Source: the human T2T-CHM13v2.0 reference genome, Homo sapiens
Length of the DNA: 64,000 bases
Direction: 5' to 3' (one strand)
Assembly (NCBI RefSeq): GCF_009914755.1
Contig: NC_060933.1
The notes beneath the pieces were generated by a model, which was not told the DNA's origin, did no database searches, and was given only the letters and a program-made list of their open reading frames with translations. Both the position numbers and the translations under genes were made by a program. Positions 52,004 through 64,000 of this stretch are shown piece after piece (position 1 is the first letter of the stretch; every line of letters starts with the position of its first letter).

Positions 52004-54580
52004 TTTCTTTTTTTTTTCTGTTAAAAGAAGTGTTTTGTCTCGTTTTAATATCTTATCAGCTTTACAGGGTTACAATCGTCTTAAATATTTCTGAAGTTAA
52101 AATACAATCTGCATAATAATGCTATTATAAAATGTAAACTTTCAGCGTTCTTTTAAATTTCAAAATCACACCTTTTTTCTGGTCTTTTTGTCTTTTTTTA
52201 TTTTTTTTCCTTTCAATACCTGGATGTTCTGCAAAAACTGAAATTGTTACAGGCCACCCTGCTGCGGCCAGGGCAAGAAAGGCTGGGCCCAGCCAGAGGT
52301 AGAGAGTAGTTTTATGATTCTTTTATTTTTTATTTTTTTAAAGTCTATTTTTTTTTCTTCCATTACCTAAGTTTCAGGCGTGGTCCCCACATCCTCTGAC
52401 AAACCCCAGAGAAACTGAAATTTCACACGTCACGAATGAAAGGCTGAGTTTACGTTTGCCAAGAAAAAAAAATGCAAAAGCACAATTAGGGGAAAAGAGG
52501 GACAAAGTGGGTAAAAAAAAAAAAAAAAGATAAAGGAAATTCAGACTGTACAGATGCGTGACCCTTAACGACCCCGGCTCTCCCCAGTGCCCCATGCCCA
52601 CCCTCCCGCCTGTCCTGACGGCCACTTAAGGGTCCCACTGAAGATTCCAGAAGCTGCCTGTCCCCCAACATCTCAGAGCAGGGAGAGCCCCCGCTCGGCC
52701 TCGAGTGTGGGGTCCCCGCCCAGTACACAGCTAGCCCCACGGCCCCAAGAGAACTCGAACCCGTCCAGGGTCCTCGTGGCTGAGGGAGGTGCCCGACCCC
52801 ATCCCAGTCTGCATAAGAGGGGATGCTGAGCTGCACCCCAGAAAGCCACCCCAACTTTAAACCCCCACCGACAGGCAGTGGCGGGAGATGGGTACGGCTG
52901 GGGTTGAAAGGGGCCACCTGAGGCAGGGAGTACCCTCTGGAAACCACGGCTTCCTACCCAGTATCCAGGACCGGGCCCCACAGACCCCCTGCGACCCCCT
53001 CCCATTTCCACGACCACTGCCTTCAGTGATTTCCTTCTCCTGGAGTCGCCAGGCCGCCCAGGACCCAGCCCCGTGCCCACCCACCGCCCGCCCCACCTGT
53101 CCCTACAATCATCGAAGTTAACAGCAGGCCCAAGTCCCCTGAGTTAGAATCCAGTCCCACCCACAGCCAGGGGGCCGGATCGCCCACACAGGCACGACAC
53201 GCAGGATTCCCGACACACACACGTACACACGGGAGCGCAACACACGCAGCCCGAGAGAGACGACCCAGCCCACGGCCCTGCGCAGCCCCTCCCCAGACAC
53301 CGAGGCGGGCGGGTGCAAAGGGGCCCATGGCCCCCTCCAGGGCCGCCAGATGCAGCAGGCAACCAGGCCCCAGTGGCTGCTGCAGACCCTGGTGCACGGG
53401 AGGCGGGGGAGAGGTACCCCAGGGGCTCAGATTTTGGCATCAAAAGTCAGACCTGAGGTAGACAGAGATAAGCAGTAGGCGCTTCCCCCAGCGCGGGACC
53501 CAGGCGCGGGACGGCGGCTCTGGGGAGAGGAGCCCTGGAGGCCGGAGGGCAGACACGGACAGGGTCCAGGCGGTTCTGCGAGTGGGGCCCGATTGCGTCT
53601 TGGGGCGAAAAGACACCCCCTTCCCGGGGTGATTGTGCTGCTACGGTGCCGGCCCCGGGAAGGGGCAGGGAGAACCTAGCTGCCCACCACCCCCTCCTGG
53701 AAAGGGGGTGTGTGTCAATGGCCCTGAGATCAGAAGAAAGTGGGGTCCCGTCCCCAAAGACAAAGGAAAGTGAAAGTCCCCTCCCACAGCCCGACGGGAG
53801 AGTGAACCTAGACTCAGGGGCTCAGAAGCCCCCCAGCCCCCTCCCCCAGGGGTCTCCAAGGCTATGCGGAGGTTGGGCGGTTGGGAGTCGGGGGAGTTGG
53901 GGAGTCCCCTTCCTCACCGACCCCCAATGCCGGTGGCCTAACAGGGCTCCCAGGGCCCAATTAGAGACCCAGGCTTACCATGGGAATAGCTGAGTTAATC
54001 CCCACCCCACCACAAGAGAAATGAAAGCCCGGAGCTCCCGTGTAGGACGCGACAGCCCAGCCGGTCACCAGGCGGGTCCAACAAGGTCCCCAGACCCTGC
54101 CGAGCATTTCAGACTCCTGCCTTTCTGCTCCAGCAGCTCCAGCCAAAATAACCCCCAGCTCGGCTGCTGTAAACCCACTTTCTCCTAGGCTGGCAGAGGG
54201 GCACTGACCCACAGGGTTGGGGGGCAGCCTCCCTTCTCGGCCTCGATTTAGTCACCGCACAACTCAGGGAGCTCGCAGCCCCGGCACAAAAGCGGTCGGG
54301 AGAAGAGGAAGAGATAGAAGGAGGAGAATGTTGGGGTGTGGGGTGTGTTCAGTAAGCCAGGGCCCCGAAATCCTCACCCTGAGCTAGGTCTGGCTTCACC
54401 CCCACTCCCCAGTATTGTTAGTCCCCAAAAGCAGCCCTTTTGGACAAGAGAAGAATCCCAATGAGAAGGCCACATTCATCCCTGAGACAGGAGCCTGGGG
54501 GCTGTGACAAGAACCACCCCCGCCCCCCAGGCCCCAGGCCCTTTTTCCAGCAGTTGCTACTTTTTAGATAAGATTTCCAG
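52004..54580 (-). pseudogene. Processed retrocopy of a GC-rich mRNA 3' UTR (no CDS); CpG-island-like
   Basis: T-run at 52004-52018 (poly(A) on minus), ATTAAA ~25 nt upstream (52044-52049), AU-rich UTR end, then ~2.3 kb of GC/CpG-rich non-repeat sequence contrasting sharply with its flanks; interrupts THE1-int at gaaatttct. Confidence 0.85.
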
Positions 54581-54921
<341 letters not shown>

Positions 54922-55559
54922 CTAATGAGGAAATTAAAAGAATTGTAAGAATCTATTTAGCTTAGTTATTCAAATTAGTTTGATAATCTTAATAAAGTAT
55001 ATAATTTTCCAAGAAAATATAATTTAACAAAATGAATCCTATAAAAATTAGAAAAGTCTAAATTGACTGACTTCCATGCAAAAGACAAAGAAAAATGTCA
55101 GTCCTTCAGAATATTAGGTGGCCACTACTTTCTAAGAGAATTGTATCGCTCCTTTAAAGAGAAGTAAATTCCAGTGCAGTCTATACTATTCCGAAGAATT
55201 GAAAACTGATAAAAGCTTTCTAATTCATTTTATGAAATAAGTACAACATTAAAGCTAAATTACTTTTAAAAGATTAAATACAAAAAATAAAATTACAGTT
55301 ACAATCTCAGTTAACCATGCAAAAAATTCTAATGAAATAGAAACAGCCGATTAGCAGAATCTGCTTCATGATCGCTGCTTTTAGTCTAGAAATGGTTGGA
55401 TAGTCTTATGTTAAAATATATGAAATAAGTTTCCATTTTTATTTGCAGTCGATCAAAATCTCAATGGAGAAAAAGTCAAGGCCTTGTCTAAAGGACAAAA
55501 GAAATTTTATGATATTGTTCTGTGTCTCAACTACCTGTTTACTCTTTATACAGTAAGGG

Positions 55560-56144
55560 CAGAAAGGGGTGATACCTTTCCAAAGTTCCCCATCAGAAAG
55601 GTCACAACCAGTACTCCTATAACAAAAGGCAGTTTAAAGAAAAGTATAGCAAATCAATTTAATCAAAGTTTTACATGTCAGAAGAGCCTTCAAAAATGAA
55701 GAACCAAAGACCCAGGGAAATCATCTATTTTTATAGGTAGGCTTCATGAAGAAGGGACAGCGATGTGGAAATGTGATTGGACAAAAAGGAATGATCCCAT
55801 GGTAATAGGCTGAGAAAGAACCCAGCAAGACCTGTCTTCCTGGCCTCTAAGCTGCATTTATTTCTCCTGGTGTGGGACACACAGTCTTCAAGGGAGAAGG
55901 AAAAGAATGACTTTTCTAGGTTTTATGACTTGCTTTGGGGAAGAGGGGCTCTAGTTTCTGTGACTTGCCTTGGGGAAAAGGAATTCTGGTTTCAGCTTCA
56001 GAGTAATGAGAGGGGAGGGAGACAGGAGGGCAGGAGAAGGTCAGCGACCTTGCCCTTGATTCTGAAGCCTCCAGTCTCCTTTAGTTCAAAGTATTCAGCA
56101 GGCCAAGGTGCCATCTGTTGGAGTATTGTGTTCTGAACCCCAAC
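55560..56144 (-). mobile_element. MER31/MER4-group ERV1 LTR
   Basis: Reverse strand begins tgttggggttcagaacacaatactcc...tgctgaatactttgaactaaaggag. Confidence 0.65.
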
Positions 56145-57244
56145 AACATCACTTCGGAAGACTGAAATGGCAGATGTTATATGCCATGGAGGATAAATAT
56201 TGCTATTACAATCTAACAGTAATACTAGCCAAGATGAAAAAGAGAAAAGAACATACCAAAATAACCTAGACTATATCTCAAAGCAAACTTTTTATAATTA
56301 GCTAAATTGTAAAAATAGTTCTCATATAAAATAAAACCTTACTATTCTTATTTAAGATACTTGTAACACAAAGATAACTGTACTGTCATAAATGTGACAA
56401 TATTGAAGGCCCTGCTCCAATTGTTCTTATGTTATTATGATTAATAATCACTTTTAAAAATCACTTATATTTGACATAGAGATTTTTTTCTATTGTGCCT
56501 AATTGTTCTGTAGTGTATGAGGAGAAACTGTCCAATCAACAGATTATTTAGATGTAATTTGATGCTTACTCATTGTGTACTCGGTAAATGAATTTTTAGA
56601 AGTACATTAACAAGATGTGAGAAAACACATTAAATTTTCAAAAGAAAACTACACAAAATAGACAAGATTTTTTAAATCATGGAAGTAAATATTTTACATT
56701 ATATATAATGTGACTGAAATTCATACCCGTAGATTCAAATGTTTGTGACTTTTAAAATCAAATTAAACAAATTGAGAAAATATGTAATGCCATTATATTG
56801 ACTTAGAACATGTCAGTTGAAAAATAGCTTCCTATTTTATTTGGTTTCTCTGGCATCTATATAAATGTATGTTTAAAGGACAATTACCTTTCCTTTTCCC
56901 TTTTTATTTCTGAAGTATGAAAGACAATGTGAGATTTTTCTGGGTAATATGAGCTTCTTTGTACATCTTTTTCAGGATGCCACTGATGTTGACAGCTATT
57001 CTTTTAAAATACTGATATTCAACATGACAATGCATGTGACCTGCCAAGGAATTGAGAAGCTGAAAGTACAGTGACATGGTTATGACAGGGCTGCAAAAGA
57101 CATGACTTGTAATGTCATTTCAAAGCTTTCTCTAAAAATAAGTTGAAAAACACAAAATGAATTTGCCTTTTATTCAGCCAAAATGAGTATCTCTTTACTT
57201 CAGATACCTAGTTTGTATTGGAAGTGGTTTTTGAAGATTCTAAA

Positions 57245-57245
<1 letters not shown>

Positions 57246-57292
<47 letters not shown>

Positions 57293-57310
57293 CAGAGAGA
57301 GAGAGAGAGA
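57246..57310. repeat. Compound (TG)n(AG)n microsatellite
   Basis: Direct reading. Confidence 0.95.
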
Positions 57311-58134
57311 CTGTGACTCTGCTCAGGGGTTACAAATCATTTACCTTGAGTAGCATATTTTCTTTAGTCTTTGCAACTAGCTGAAGGATATCATAACTTC
57401 CAATATGATCATTTCATAAAAGTTGTCTTTAAATAAACAAAAAGATGGAGTAGACGTTGACCAAATGTTTTGATTATCATATGTTTTTAAAAAAGGAAAC
57501 AAAATGGACATTTATTTGTTTTCATAATGATACGTGTAAGATAGGAGCAGTAAAGAGTAGGGTATAAGACAAACTTCTAGTTGGTGTATTTTAGAAAAAT
57601 GTTAGCTAACAATGGGATTTAACATATTAACCTCTGATACTGAAAGGGAATTCCATTTCTGGTGGTATGTTTTTCCTTAAGTGAATAGGCCAGAGATACC
57701 CTCATACTAAAAATGTATGTGTATGTATAAAGCTTCATATATTTTAAACACCTTATTCAGCATCATATTTATACTTGGATAGTTTTCACTGTTTTTCTAG
57801 GATCTACTGAAGTGTTTAGTTTTGATGAAAGAAAGTCTATGGGTTTGATCAGAAGCCCATGAGTCCAATCAAAGGTATTATTTATTTGAAATTTAAAAAC
57901 CATGCAAGCAATTTCAAGCATGTAAATTAACTAGGATTTTAGGACGACCTGTGAGTGGAGAAGCACAGGAAAACTAGGTTATCAGAAATTCATAGGAGAT
58001 CCTCCTGAGGCAGAAGTAAAATTATAGTTGAGGAGAAATATAAGTCATCATCCCAGATTAATTTGCTTGCAATTTGAAATTATGGAAAGAGGAAAAGTCC
58101 ATGTGCAAGGATCTTCTTTTCCATGCAATCTAAT

Positions 58135-59100
58135 TTTTAAAAATTGGGATAAAAACAGCATGAGAGCTACCCTCTTAAATTTTTAGGAATACAACACAGT
58201 GTTCTTAACTACAGGCACAATGTTGTACATAGCAGATCTCTAGGACTTATTCATCTTGCATACCTGAAGCTTTATACTTGTTAAAAGTAACTCCCTATTT
58301 TCCACTTCTCCCAGCCCCTGGTAACCCACTGCACTTTGTGCTTCTGTGAATGGGGTTATTTTATATTGGACATATAATAACGGACTCACACTGTATTTTC
58401 CTTTTGGCTTATTTCGCTTAGGATAACGTCATCAAGGTTCATCCATGTTGCCACATATGGAAGGATTTCATTTCAGACAATAATATTTTGTTGTAAGTAG
58501 ATGCCACATTTTCCTTATCTATTCATATGTCGGTGGGTCTTTATGCGGCTTCTACATCCTGGCTATCGTGAGTACTGCTGCAATGAACATGAGAGTTCGA
58601 ATATGTCTTCAAGATCTTAATTTTTTGAATAAATACCAAGTGTGGGATTGCTGGATCATACGATAGTTCTATTTTTAATGTTTTTGAGGAGCCTCCATAC
58701 TGTTTTCTACAGTGGCTGCACCATTTTACACTCCCAATAGAGTACAAGGATTCCAATTTCTCCACATCTTTGCTAACACTTGTTACCTTTTTGTTGTTGT
58801 TTTGACAACCAGTGGGGAGTGATATCTCATTATGGTTTTGATTGGCATTTCTCTGATTAGTGACATTGAGCATTTTTCATATGTGTGTTGGCTACTCGGA
58901 TATTCTTTTAGAGAAATGTCAATCCAAGTACTGTACACCTTTTAAAAATCTGGGTATTTGTTTCTGGCTATTCAGTTGTAGGGTTTCCTTATATATGTTG
59001 GATATTAACACCTTATTAGATAAATAGTTTGCAAATATTTTCTCCTATTTTATAGGTTGCCTTTTCAATCTGTTAATTGTTTCCTTTGCTGTCATAAAGC
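58135..59100 (-). mobile_element. Old L1 (L1MA/MB) 3' end
   Basis: Antisense ORF2 C-terminus (KIELSYDPAIP) and 3' UTR. Confidence 0.88.
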
Positions 59101-59374
59101 TTGAACCCTTTCTGGGTTTACCCTACAGATATCTTTTCATTATGAATCTTCTTAAATGATTTCATTTTTATATGTACAATAAAAATCAATGAGAATTGTT
59201 AAAAACAAAAACCTCAGAGAGATAGGATTTTACTCCACAGAGAACAAAGTGGAGCTCATATCAACCTGGGATTAATAAAAGGAAAACTCTTTTCACTCAG
59301 ATAAAACTCTCAGGCAAGGCATTTGGAAATATTTTTGATGCATTCGTTATCTTTGAACAATTTAAGAGTATATT

Positions 59375-59630
59375 TATATCACATGTTCTTACCTACAAGT
59401 GGAAGCTAAACATTAGGTACACATGTACACAAAGATGAGAACAATAGATTCTGGAGAATCTGAAGGACAGAAAAGAGGGAAGGGGCAAAGGGTGAAAAAC
59501 TACCTATCGGGTACTATGTTCACTATTTGGGTGATGGGTTCAGTTGAAACCCAAACCTCAGCATAACGCAATACATCCTTGTAGCAAACCTGCACATGTA
59601 CCCCCGCTCCAAATCTACAATAAAAAATAG
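59375..59630 (+). mobile_element. L1PB/late-L1PA 3' end fragment
   Basis: catgttcttacctacaagtggaagctaaac...aaacctgcacatgtacccc. Confidence 0.85.
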
Positions 59631-60092
59631 AAATCTTTGGCAAAAAAAGAGTGTATCTACAGCTCTTAAGGGCTATGTTTATATATCTCTATTGTCTTTT
59701 GCTTTATATTTTGTTTATATTTTGACAATTTGTGAAATAAGTACATCTTTTAATGCTCTTTATATAGTTCTAATGTAACAACATAGCTAGACACCGTTCT
59801 CATAAAAACAAGGACAGGACATTCAGAGGTAACAATAATGAGCAAAGGTAACATTTCAATGGAAACTGAGCTAAATGAGTAAAAGCAATATAAATGATAT
59901 GTAAAGGATTACAAGGTTGATAGGATATTGTGTTCAAGCCCTAGATAAATCCAACCAACTAATCTTTGAGAGAGAAGTATGTAGTATGGAAGCATGTAAC
60001 TGTAATTATTTTGAGAAATGCTAAACCTCAAAATAAAAAGTTTTTTTGCACTTGTCATAATTGAAAGTTTGTTTTTCCTCTCTTTTTGGTAA

Positions 60093-60299
<207 letters not shown>

Positions 60300-61325
60300 T
60301 AAATTGCTCTGGGGCACTGCAACCTAGCAAGTCCTCCTGAGAGGCCCATCTAGCCTGCTGCCCAGGCCACAACCAACCTTGCCACTAGCCTTTTCATCAA
60401 TACAAAGGACAACTATTTGTAATTGTCCTCCAATTGAAAGAACATGCCTAAAGTTGTCAATTGTGTTTATATATTTTAGGTAGGTAGGTAAAGAAAAGTT
60501 CTTGTTGTTGGTGAATCACAGACAATTGTTCAATTTAGAGGAGAAGGCAGCCTGGGTAGTGGAGAGGAGGACATTGTTTTCATTGTTGTGTACCCAGGGC
60601 CCAGCATAGAGACGGGAAAATAGTTGGCATCAGATAAACTACTATTGAATTCAATTATCATGAGATTCCTTTGCTAATGCTGAGAAGTACAGAAGGTAGA
60701 GAAGATAGAATTTTATGCTTAGGGAAATAAAAGACTCAGAAGGGTTTGCCTTATTGAGACCCACTTAGATTTGAAAGTCCTTTAAGATAAATATCATTGA
60801 ATTTGACCTAGGTGAGCGTTTATATTAATTCTAGGCTTACAGGTCTAGAAGAAGCCTTTGTAAAGACTTTGACATGTCCGAGTAAGATTGAAAGTGCCAC
60901 TCTGAAACCTACTCCATAGCCTCACTTACTTTACTTACTAGAAAACATGTTGCCCTCTTGTTCCACTCTTCAAAGTCAAAGACCTTGTGACTTTTCTGAG
61001 CCCTGAGGATGAGGATGAGGTTTCCATCACTTTTCAACTTTGAATATAGAACAGAGCAGGATATTTGCTGTCCAGTGAACATCAACATATTTCAGCAAGC
61101 CTCATCTTTGTTCTCATTGATGGAAAGCTTAAATTAAATCTTTCTCAGCCAGAACATTCAACAAGGGATATAATAAATGAATTATGTAAAGAAATACACA
61201 GATGTTTTAAACAAAACTTCTCTATGGTCTCCCACAAACCTCACACATAAATAGAAAGTTAATCATTTGGTAATAAATGAACACTTTAGGTAATGAGAGA
61301 TACTCAGGATCCCTGAAGAAATTAA

Positions 61326-61647
<322 letters not shown>

Positions 61648-63094
61648 GATTCTTATTTTCTCTTAAAAAGACAGCATGCCCTGGGCACATATGGAATGCC
61701 ATGTCCAAGCACACACCCAGCTCCATCCCCATTAGGAGTCACAATTAGCACATTGCTGTTGACAAGATCAAACACAGACCTTTCCCCTTTGGCCTAAGTC
61801 TGCTGACAAGGCAAAACACAGATCCTCCAACCACCCATTCTTTGTCTCATTATTAATTAGCTAAGATTAGAACTGTTTGTCCCTCCAAACTAACAAAATC
61901 CTAAGATAAACATTTCCTGCTGAGTTGACTAAGACCCCCCCGATTGCAGAATAATTTTGATAGTAAATTATACCACCAGTTGAACAGTCACAACCTGCTG
62001 AGATCTGGCCATGTTCTCTCTATTACAAATAGTCCTAATGAAATCATATGCTCCACAGTCCAGTGCATTTTGTCTTTGAGAGTTGCCAGCCTCTTTTACT
62101 GGAGTTGCAGCTCACGATGTAGAGGAAGCTACTCTGGGGACTTTGGTCATTTTGCACTTTGTAGGAATTGTGCTCAGTAAGTGATTGATTCACTTATCAT
62201 GAGAGATAATAGGCAAATAAAAAGAATTCTTATACTTTTGATGGCAGCTAATTGGGTTCCCAGGTTAGCCTGGCATAGTGGAAAGAGGGTTCCTGGGTTC
62301 TATAGGCTGCAGACATGAACCTCCACATTTGCTACTTGTCTCCTTCAAGGAAGTCACTTCACCTCCCTAAGCCTCAGGTATTCAATTTGTGAAATGATAG
62401 GTGCTAGATTTCTAATGTTAACACTGTGGAGAAAAACTCCTTTTCTTAGTAGAAATATCTTCCATACTCCCAAAACACACACACTCCTGTTTCTCTTCAG
62501 GAAATGCTTCTATTGACCTGTTAGAATAGGAGCTGAAACCCCAGGTGACAATTTTGAATAACGATATAAGAGGTTAATATTCTACTTTAGATGATGGAGG
62601 TTAGAAGCAAGTCAGCTAACTGCAGAGCTGTTGTTTTGCTGATTGGATTCAAGTAGAGTGACAGATCTGAGTACCTTGGGACAAAATGAGGGCATTTCTG
62701 AGGAAGCAGAAGTCTGAAAGAAAAGAAAGAGGAGAAGTCATGGGAACCACCTTCTCAAATTATAGTTCCTTTTGGCTAGATACTTAGTTAACTAGTGTAA
62801 CAGTAAATACAAATGGAACATAGGAAAAAAATAATAATTCTCCCTGATGGAAAAAGGGAAAGAGATCTCCACCACCACCACCACCATTTCCTCAGAACAT
62901 TTTCTTTCAGAAACATAAATTCTTTCTCTGCTTCTTAGGGATATAGCAATTTTTTAAAGAAAAAAGATAAGTCTCTTGCAGGTTTTACAATGTAGGAATG
63001 TGTTTCTCAAGGGTCTGGAACTATCTCTGAGATAGAATCACCAAGGAGGATTGTACCTCATCCCCTCATCTTTATAAACCAAAAATAAAACTCA

Positions 63095-64000
63095 TAGCCA
63101 CCCCCTCCACCCCTCACAAACATCTGAATGGACCCCTCCTCTGCCAGGGCACCCTAAATTTAACCTGAAAGACTGGTTTAGGCCATGATGGTGAGACAGC
63201 CAGGTGGGAGAGGGTCCCCAGTGAAACTGCAACCAGCCCACACTGGAAGGAATGCACCTTGGGGTGGAGCCACAGAAGTTTGCACTGTTTGCAGAGGGAG
63301 GAGCCTGGTCCCACCTCTTCCTGTGTGGAAACTGGGATTCAATCTGCAAGGCAGGAAGCACACCAGCAGAGACTCTGACTTTGCAGAGGGTCCCTGTTCC
63401 CCCTTTTTTTTTCCTTTTCACCCAATAAAACCCTGCTTTACTCACCCTTCAACTCGTCTGCAAGCCTAAATTTTCGTGGCCATGGGACAAAGACTGCATC
63501 TTTAGCTGAACTAAGGAAAAGTCCCACAACAATGGGGAGGGAGGGTCAGATATGCCTCATTATGCCCTCTTTCCTCTTGGAATTCAGGAAAAACCAATCA
63601 CCATTTAATATCAACACAAGCCTTAGGTCTGAGAAGAAACCTGTACAATCTATTTTCTCTGAAGCCTGCGAAATGGAGGCTTCATCTTCATGATAAAACT
63701 TTGGTCTCTGCAACCTCTTATCATAACCCAGACATTGTTTTCTATGATAATAACTCTTTCAAGCAATTGCCAATCCGAAATTTTTCATTCTACCTATAAC
63801 CTGGACACCCCCTTGCTTTGAGTTGTCCCACTTTTCTGGACTGAACCAACTTATATCTTAAATGTATTTGATTGATGTCTCATGTCTCCCTGAAATGTAT
63901 AAAACTAGGCTGTGCTGCAACCACCTTGGACACATGTTCTCGGGATCTCCTGAGGGCTGTGTCATGGGCCATGGTCACTCATATTTGGCTCAGAATAAAT
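63095..64000 (+). mobile_element. LTR8/MER4-group LTR (runs off window) with a MER61-like LTR nested at 63192-63531
   Basis: Host ends gggccatggtcactcatatttggctcagaataaat; insert tgagacagccaggtggg...aaaagtcccacaaca with 4-bp TSD atgg. Confidence 0.8.

Noticed and set aside
51320-52094. 188-aa and 146-aa ORFs, the longest in the window
   Set aside because: They lie in THE1 LTR/internal and L1 3' UTR sequence; chance or vestigial MaLR frames.
52374-54212. Many overlapping G/P/R-rich ORFs on both strands
   Set aside because: Expected from stop-codon scarcity in GC-rich UTR sequence; no recognisable domain.
52400-54500. Native gene promoter CpG island
   Set aside because: It interrupts a THE1 element and ends in a poly(A) signal and tail, so it is an inserted mRNA copy rather than an ancestral promoter.

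Overview
Primate genomic DNA, most likely human (it carries a full-length AluYa5 and an L1PA2 3' end). The window is AT-rich and dominated by repeats: about 30 Alus, several old and young L1 pieces, and THE1/MLT/MER21/LTR12/LTR8/MER61-type LTRs, often nested. No intact protein-coding gene is supported, and most listed ORFs derive from Alu, L1, LTR or GC-rich UTR sequence. Three non-repeat features stand out. (1) A processed SKP1 pseudogene (+, 4897-5625) with an atypical 5' side. (2) A ~2.6 kb GC/CpG-rich, poly(A)-tailed, UTR-only retrocopy (-, 52004-54580) inserted in a THE1 internal region whose remainder is missing, forming an orphan CpG-island-like block. (3) A chain of exon-like segments bounded by minus-strand AG/GT splice signals from ~60.2 kb down to ~3.1 kb; several are open and others carry stops or TE insertions. 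I read these as a candidate decayed multi-exon gene that I could not name. Repeat subfamily calls come from remembered consensus diagnostics, and boundaries of old repeats are approximate.
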